A stretch of 38,562 bases of DNA, from positions 1 to 38,562 of IMG/VR virus record IMGVR_UViG_3300035135_000708. One strand, written 5' to 3'. This document shows, piece by piece, positions 1-7,900 of this stretch. A model generated the notes under the pieces. That model was not told the DNA's origin, did not search any database, and was given only the letters and a program-made list of their open reading frames with translations. This stretch comes from a virus. Its lineage: Duplodnaviria > Caudoviricetes. Position 1 is the first letter of the stretch, and every line of letters starts with the position of its first letter. A program made the position numbers and the translations under genes.

Positions 1-307
1 TGTCCGTGGCATTAGCATTATTTCCAAGATTTAATGATCCACCATACCTGGCAATATCAACTCTTCCACTAGCATCGACTTGAATTGATGGTACACCACT
101 AATATCCGAAACAGCAAATATTGTTCCAGATGACAAATTATCATCAATGGAAAATAACTGTCCTGAGTTTCCCTCAAAAGACAGCGTGTTATCATCAAGT
201 ACGCGAAGTTTAATCGGAGCATTATCTTGTCCGACAAAACTAATTTCTGGTATATTCGCCGTGCCTTTATTGGGCGTTATAAGGATGTCCTTATCAGAAT
301 TCGCCAT
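1..307 (-). CDS. Virion structural / tail-fibre-associated protein, N-terminal 102 aa only (runs off the window edge; not in the ORF track)
   Basis: Manual translation from ATG at 307 gives MANSDKDILITPNKGTANIPEISFVGQDNAPIKLRVLDDNTLSFEGNSGQLFSIDDNLSSGTIFAVSDISGVPSIQVDASG..., open to position 2. A perfect TATAAATA lies 22 nt upstream. The N-terminus resembles ones I recall from fibre-type proteins of marine T4-like phages. Confidence 0.8.
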   Translation of the reverse strand, partial: MANSDKDILITPNKGTANIPEISFVGQDNAPIKLRVLDDNTLSFEGNSGQLFSIDDNLSSGTIFAVSDISGVPSIQVDASGRVDIARYGGSLNLGNNANATD

Positions 308-329
308 CTTGAGTTAGACCTTTATTGAG

Positions 330-337
330 TATTTATA
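330..337 (-). promoter_or_regulatory. T4-type late promoter (gp55 sigma) TATAAATA
   Basis: Plus-strand tatttata at 330-337 reads TATAAATA on minus. It overlaps the stop codon of the LamG gene and precedes the ATG at 307. Confidence 0.85.
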
Positions 338-1100
338 TTCCAAATCTTGCTCTATTGGCATCGAAGTTTTGTTTAACCTCTGCTGCCGTAAGACCAACGT
401 TGTACATATTGACAATAGCAATATCACCATCAAATGTTCTTGGAGCATTGCTTTTTCTATTGAAACCAATTTCAATATATGCTCCACCCGAAGAATAATC
501 AAATGCTGATGTATTCATAGAGGCATTTAATTCACCATTAATGTATAATTTTTTATTTGGATTTTCTCCAGAAGTGTAACTTCCTACAGCATGAATCCAG
601 ACACCTTCAGTAGCAGCATATCCACCATTAGTCAATTGATAAGCGACGTTATCATAGTGAGAAAATTCCACAACTCCATTATTATATTCTATACCTCCAT
701 TACAAGCATAACTACAACCAGTGCCAACCATGGTTCTAAAAATAGAACCATTAGTGTTTGATAAATTTGTTATTCTGAACCAAGCTTCATAACTTTTATC
801 TTGACTACTGCCGTCTAATCTAAATTCAGATGGAACGGAATGATAAATGTGAGCATCGTTTGTAGAAGTAGCAATAGCATTTGCTTGTGGATTATCAGTT
901 TTGCTATTGATATCAAAATACCCATTTGAATTCCACTGGCACTGTGAATTAAATCCAGAGACAGGTTTCATGTTTGGAAAACTTGTGGGGGCAATATTTT
1001 TCCACTCAGTATCTCCCGATTTGTAGGATTTGGGATTTCCTGCATCTACACTAAAAATTAGTCCTCTTTGTACTCCATATGGTCCTGTAAATGTTGCCAT
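333..1100 (-). CDS. LamG / concanavalin A-like lectin-fold protein (255 aa), probable virion accessory protein
   Basis: N-terminal GLIFSVDAGNPKSY...W motif, then SYEAWFR, WIHAVGSY, KLYINGEL, FDGDIAIVNMYNVGLTAAEVKQNF, typical of Laminin_G_3-type domains common in cyanophages. Confidence 0.85.
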   Translation of the reverse strand: MATFTGPYGVQRGLIFSVDAGNPKSYKSGDTEWKNIAPTSFPNMKPVSGFNSQCQWNSNGYFDINSKTDNPQANAIATSTNDAHIYHSVPSEFRLDGSSQDKSYEAWFRITNLSNTNGSIFRTMVGTGCSYACNGGIEYNNGVVEFSHYDNVAYQLTNGGYAATEGVWIHAVGSYTSGENPNKKLYINGELNASMNTSAFDYSSGGAYIEIGFNRKSNAPRTFDGDIAIVNMYNVGLTAAEVKQNFDANRARFGI

Positions 1101-1103
1101 TAG

Positions 1104-1760
1104 TTATCCCTCGTACCAAACAAAAATATTCTTTATTCTTATATATCTACCTGTACTAGCACAGGATCTTCCATGCCAGACTCCACCTGGGTATCCATTT
1201 TCAACTCTTCTTCGAGTAGTCCAAAATGATTTATACCCAGCATCATTATAAGAACCATGGAACATATTGGTGTTATCGTTATCACAAGCATGTGCCTTTC
1301 TAATAAAGTTGCCACTATCACTGAAAGCATTGACATCTTTAAAAATTCTATCTCCAGAATTTTCATTATACTGATAGATGTTTCCAGGACCATCAATATT
1401 ATAATTGTTACTAGAAGACATTTGTGAAGGAACAGAAGGACCACTTCTTCCGTAACCACCACCAGCTTCATTTTGTGGAGAATTGGTATCAGAACCTCCT
1501 CCTAAGAAAGTCCAGCAAGAAGCAGTACCATCAAATTCAAATTGACATGTAATTCTGTTCCAAGAAATATCATCCTTAAGAACAATTAGAACACCAGCAT
1601 CACCATTAGCATTACCACAACCACCCCAAACATTTGTTCCATAAAATTCATATCCACCACCAACATCTCCAGCGGAAATGTTATCCATATTATTTGTGTA
1701 GTATGCTAAGACATCTCCAGAAGTAATTCTTCTGGATCCTTTTCCATATCTAATTGCCAT
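1104..1760 (-). CDS. Hypothetical protein (218 aa from ATG 1760), Gly/Asn/aromatic-rich with 5 Cys
   Basis: The ORF track starts it at TTG 1784. ATG at 1760 (MAIRYGKG...) overlaps the upstream TAA as TAATG, so it is the likelier start. No family recognised. Confidence 0.75.
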   Translation of the reverse strand: MAIRYGKGSRRITSGDVLAYYTNNMDNISAGDVGGGYEFYGTNVWGGCGNANGDAGVLIVLKDDISWNRITCQFEFDGTASCWTFLGGGSDTNSPQNEAGGGYGRSGPSVPSQMSSSNNYNIDGPGNIYQYNENSGDRIFKDVNAFSDSGNFIRKAHACDNDNTNMFHGSYNDAGYKSFWTTRRRVENGYPGGVWHGRSCASTGRYIRIKNIFVWYEG

Positions 1761-1930
1761 TATTGCCACCTCCCATCTGGACAATTACCCAGAATAGATC
1801 CTCTAATTAACATGTTATCCAGCAAAGCACATCTTGCTGAATTTGGTGATTCCTCAAAATGTTCTCCAGTACCATCATCAGAGTGGTGAGGGCACTGGTA
1901 ACATATTTCTAACTTCTGTTCGTTAGTCAT
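1760..1930 (-). CDS. Small four-cysteine protein (56 aa), possible metal binder; not in the ORF track
   Basis: MTNEQKLEICYQCPHHSDDGTGEHFEESPNSARCALLDNMLIRGSILGNCPDGRWQ*. GAGGAG Shine-Dalgarno upstream, ATGA overlap with the fibre stop, TAATG overlap with the next gene. It fills the gap exactly. Confidence 0.85.
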   Translation of the reverse strand: MTNEQKLEICYQCPHHSDDGTGEHFEESPNSARCALLDNMLIRGSILGNCPDGRWQ

Positions 1931-4900
1931 TCTTTCTCCTCAGTTGGTAGTTCAACCTCTACCTCTAGTGGTAGAATATCCTTACGTGTTGCCTGAACGA
2001 AGTAGAACGACTCACCACCATCAATAAAGATCTTATTATCTTCAATCTTCTCAACCCATGCTCTGTGGTTGCCAATTGGTGTTAGTTGAACTGTGATGCT
2101 ATTCTCGTCTACGAGAGCAGTCCAGTAGTCTGGAAGTTCAATAACCTTACTTGCCTTACCACGAACGTATACACCGTGTTCAGGACCCTCTAGGGATCCA
2201 TAGACGAGGTTGTGGTTCTCTTTGGTTGGGTGCTCAATACAGAACGACTTACTGGTAGCAGCAAATGCTCCAGCAACTTGTAATTTATAATTAGAACTTG
2301 GTGAAGTTGTACCCACACCCATGTTTCCTTGAGCAGCGTCAAAGGTAACAAAGTCCTGGTTAACGATATAAGAATAAATCTTAAGTTTGTTATCTTGAGT
2401 TGTTCCAGCCTGCCATCTGATTTGGCACTTTATGGATCCATTGTCGGCAAACCTAAGGTGAGATTGTAGACCTGCTGGGTTATCTAGAAGGATGCCAGTG
2501 TAAGAAGTAGCACCAGTTCCTCTACCTTTAACAACTAACTGAGCATATGGATCGCTACCTGTATGATTTGCTTCAATTGTAGTAACACCACGGATAGATA
2601 ATCTGCCATTGTAATCAGAAGATGCTGGAACCAACTTCATGAACTCTCTGACAGATCCACCCTGAGTTCCAGTCCAACGGAAGAACTCGTTAGCATCATC
2701 ATTAACGTTAAATTCTAATCTTGAATTAGTATCAGTATTACCAGTATTGTAGAACTTAATCGAAGCGCCATCAGTGTTGAATCCCCAAACAAGACCACGA
2801 TTAGTTTGAGACCACTGAAGATCTCCAGTCATGGTATCGCCTGCTTTTAAGACGTTCAGTGAAGAAGCACCAGTTACATTTGCAGTGATTGTTCCAGCAG
2901 AGAAATTGCCAGAAGCATCACGCTTAACTGCAGTGTTAGCAACGTTATTAGAAGCAAATGTAATGTTACCAGCATTCCAGATAATATTATTGTTAATGGT
3001 GAAACCATCAGAGTTGGCAACTGTAGCGTTAAGAGTTCCTGATCCTAGTGTAGTTCCTCCACCAGTAGCAGTAAGAGCAACGTTATATCCACCAGTCGCA
3101 GGAGTTAGACTAGATCTAAAGTGAATTGCTGGACTTGTAGCAGCAACACCATCAACTCTACCAAGAGCAAGAATACCAGTACCAGAAGCACTATAAAGTT
3201 TGTTAACTTCAAATGTTCCAGCATCATCTAGACTAAAGTCTTGGAAAGGAACCGAAATTGCTGTAGTACCAATAGATACTGCTCCAGTAAATGTACCAGT
3301 TTGAAGTACACCTTCGATGATAGAATAATTATTTGTAGCATCATTATTATCTACATTTGTAGGAATGGCATTAATTAGAATAGTTCCAGTTCCCTGAGCA
3401 TCCGCATCATATAGGTTAACTTGCTGACCCGCAAGGAATGGTGAAGTAGTTAGTAGTTGTCCTTCGACATAAATTCTATATCTTGGATTTCCAGCGGCAG
3501 CTCTAATGCTTAACTGATTCTCGAAATACTTATGGGTTTGATAAACAGGTAATCTATTATCAGATAAAGTTCCTGTATTGATGTTAAGAGCATTCTGATA
3601 CCAAGATCCTTGCTTATTATCAAGTCTATCAGCATCTAGTCCTGAACCAACACCATCGTTACCAGAACTCCAGATCTTATACCAAGTACCCCATGATGTT
3701 AATGTAGATCCAGAACCACGAATCCACATATTATCATTATCTGTGAATCCTAATTGTCTAGCGCCACCACCCGTAGCATCTGTACTGGAACCGAAGTTCC
3801 TTAGAGTCATGATAAGTGCTCTAGAACCACCATCAGATAGTGATGTAGCAGTATTGTTTAGAGTGTTGGCAACAATACCTGTAGAGAACGTGTCAGGATT
3901 TGGACTGGATGTTGGGTTGTTTGTAGAAGAAATCAGACGTAAAGTGTTACCAGACTGACCAGAAATACCGATATTATAAGTACCAGACATTCTTTCAATT
4001 GGAACCGTACCTGCTGAAAGGTTACTAGCATTGGTGTAGTAAACACCTTGAGCACCATCGAGAAGGTCAGCATCTAGTCCAGAGTCAGAACCAGTCTTAA
4101 GTTGAACTGATCCGTTTCCAGAGTCACCAATATCAAACTGTGATTTTAAGAATCTAGCAACACCAACTGTTCCAAACAAGTCGGAAGAAATAGTAGCATC
4201 GGTAACTCTATTGATATCAATAGAAACGTTTGCATACTGTTTATTTTGTGTGCTTAATTTAGCAGCAAGGACTAAATTAGATCCAGAACCAATCTGTGCT
4301 GGAAGTGGAGTGACAATAAAGTCAGCACTGTATCCAGTACCACCATCTGTAACTGTAAGTTCTGTTACTTCTCCACCAGCGACAATAATATTTGCTTTCA
4401 GACCAGTTCCAGTTCCACCGTCAAGTGGGATATCAAAATATTGATTATTTGTATATCCAGATCCACTGTTGACAATAACAATGTCATCAACGAAATTACC
4501 TTGTGTGAAACTGGATTCCAATGTAAGTGGAGAAGCACTTCTCTCAAATTCAATAACAGTTCCTACAGGAATGTTTTGATTAACTGGATTATTCAGTGTG
4601 ATGGTAGTAAATCCAGCAGCAGTTACAACTGTAGAAATTGTAGTATTTGCTTGAATACCATTTACAGTTGATTTTACTTCATGTCCTTTTAGTACATCAG
4701 CATTAGTTGGGAAGACTAATTGTGATGAACCATTGTTTGCCTGACTAGACAAGATACCAAAGTATCTTGTTTCTGCTGATTTGAATGACTGAACAGCAGG
4801 AGCATATGCTTGGTCTCCTCTTAAGAAAGTAAAGGAGTTTGCTGCAGATGAATTGAGTGCTAATCTAGAAGTAGAAATAATACCAGATGTAATATCTGTA

Positions 4901-7900
4901 GCAGATATCTGAGTAGCAGATAGAGATACCCAGTTATTGGCAATATTTGATGATGTATTGACTACTCTATTAATTGAGACGGTATTTGCGGGAGAATCGC
5001 TATCATCAATACTATCGGTATCGTCAATCTTAATATTATTGACAATATCACCATATACTCTACTCTCGATAAGAGCACTAGCAGTTGCTGTTGTTCCGCC
5101 GCCACCAGGAGCAGCAATCTGTACAGTTGGTTGAGCATCATAACCAAGACCACCAATATAATTATTAAATGTAATTAGAGTCAATGTAACAACTTGACCG
5201 TTGGCGATAGTTGCTACTGCTTTTGCTTCCACAGAAGGAGCATTACCAGCATGGTTAATTGTAACGGTTGGTGCTGATGTGTATCCAGAACCAGCATCAG
5301 TAATGTTCAGTTGATATACAACACCTTGTCTATACTCAGTTGCTTGAATTCTACCACCAGTATTAGAACCAGTGTAGATGTCTCCTGTATTGAATACTAA
5401 ACTAGAATCAATTGGGAAACCAACATACAAACTACTTAGGTCATTGTTTAGAATGAATGAAACATTATTATCTTGCTGAATAGCAATATCACCAGCAAGT
5501 GCTCCTTCTAGTGCTAGTCTTTCTGCTTGATCGGCAACAGTGAAGACACTGAAAGGTCTAAGTGCTGGAATCTGGTCGATGGAAATCTTACCAGAATCGG
5601 TAAGTTCAACCAGTGCTCTAGGAACAGCATTTGTGGAATATGGTTTGTTGAGATAAGGACCAAGGTTGTTAGTAATATAATCTTTAACTGCCTTTTGTGT
5701 AGGTAGTTTAGAGTCGGTAGAGTTAGCACCACCAAGTGTGTTGGATGCATCGAAACCAGTAACAACAACGTCGCCACCTTTCAGTTTCAAGAATTCAACT
5801 TCAGAGATAGTAACCGTACCTGTGAAGGTAATAGCACCAGTTCTGTTCTCAATCTTAGCGAACGTACCAACCTTGAAGTCACCAAGTTCGTCAGTACCAG
5901 AACAGTAAACACGACCATAGTTCTGTGGTACTTGCTCGTTTGCTTCAATCTTAGTACCACCGTTCTCAGGTAGAGCATTGTAGTTAGTACCAGAACCAGC
6001 AAATTCCCAGGTGTGGGAAGAAGAGTTAACAATAGATGGTCTGTGTAGACTAATGGTAACTCCACTAAATTCTGCTAAGGAGTTACCTACAATAACTCCA
6101 GGATTGCTAACATCTTCAAATTCTGCTGCTCCACCAGCACCACTCTCTAGAGTTAGTAAAGCCTCGAAAGGAGGTCCAACTGTTACCTGCTCTACAGTGT
6201 CAACAAAATATTCAATGTCTGGGTTATGATTCTTATATCCATCAAGTTTGACAACGTAATGTTCTAGAGGTTCTCTACCTAGACCACTTACTCTAAATTG
6301 AGTTCTATTCGTTCCTGTAGAAGAACTTACACCAACAATCTGACCAACGTCAAAAGTATATGGTTCACTTCTGAATCCAGTTGCTCTTAGAGCATATGTA
6401 CCAAAGTTAGTTGCTGAGTTTGTAACCGATGCATAACCACCTGTTTCAGCAAGAATACCATCTTCACAGAAGATAACAAAGACTGAAACCAACTGAGTGT
6501 ATCCATCGTCAACAATCTTGTATCCAGTACCACCAAAGGAAACAATCGTGAATGCCGAAGCAACCATCGATTTACCTTGATTGGGGAACGATGCTGTTAG
6601 GTCTGGTTCTAGACCAGGGAAAGGACAGTTTGGACTCTTGACCTTAGATCCATCAACTAGAGCACCACTACCACCCAAGAATGAAATGATAGAAGAGTTT
6701 TGAGTATATGGAGATGCCTCAATAATTGGCAGGTCATCATATACAGCAGTTGGAGTGATCTTTCTATTATCAGCATCATATAATGTTGTTGATGCGTAAT
6801 TAATAATAGATGTTGTATCGTATAGAGTTCCGTATGTTTTTGTTGTTCCTCCAGGAGCTACTGTTCCATCTAGGATATCCTCTAGGAGATCCATCGATGT
6901 TGTGATAGCAGAAACAACCGTAGCACAATCAGGATTGCTAGGATCTGGTAGAATATTCCAATCATCAAATCTTGGAATAGCAGAAGAATTAGCAGTAAGT
7001 GGTTCGTAGATAAGAACAATGCCATTTGCTAATGCGCTGGCAAATGTGTGAGCAACACCTTGTACAGAACCAGCATCGCCAACATTAACAGTAAATGTTG
7101 TGGATCCACCAGAAGAAGATACAGAATCTATAGCAAGACTTCTTCCACTATTTCTATCTTGGAATGTAGGACTTGCTAAATCTCCACTACCATTCGACGA
7201 ACATGTCCAAGTAATAGCACCCTCTTTAAAAGCAATTCTATCACTGGTAGTTAATGTTGTTGCTGGATCAGCAATGGTAACAGTTACATCTCCTGTGTTT
7301 GAATTATAAGTAGCATTAGTTGCTGTAGCATAAACAGGAGCAGCAGATGCTGATCCATCTGTCCAGTTACGGATTGCGTTGATGGCATAGTCCTTAACTT
7401 TACTAAATGCATAAATTGTTGGAGCAACTTCGCTTGCTGGTAGTCCTGTTAAATCAGAACCTGTGTAATAAGATTCACCAGCAGTAACAATTCCAGCATT
7501 TCCTCCTAGAACTAAATCTCGGATCAAGTTGGTGAGAATTATATTACTATCTCTTCTACACTTATATTCACCAAATGTGCTCAGTGATAATGAAGGATAA
7601 GTAATTTGAGTATCAATTAATGCTTGATCAACAATAAGATCTCTGTTTCTTGCGATTAGATATGCAGCATCTAGTAAAGTTCCAGAAGCATTGTTGGCAA
7701 GAACATCAACAAATAAGTATGCTAATGTATCAATTGCTGATTTGACATCAGCACATGCTGTTCCATCAGATGCCGATCCATCAGCATTTACACCAGCAGT
7801 AGTAGTGATTACAGTATCATCAAAATATCTTGGAATACTTGCCGCATACTTAGGAACGTAAATTGGTTCTGTTACGAGTCCTGTTCCGACTCTCCAATTT

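Noticed and set aside
31-237. 68 aa minus-strand ORF in the track
   Set aside because: It is an alternative frame inside the better-supported gene starting at 307, which has a promoter and protein-like composition.
1761-1784. TTG start for the 226 aa ORF
   Set aside because: It lies inside the 56 aa gene. ATG 1760 with TAATG coupling is more plausible.
3620-4090. Two GLDADxLD repeats in the fibre
   Set aside because: This is a well-known, common tail-fibre motif. It supports the annotation but is not novel.
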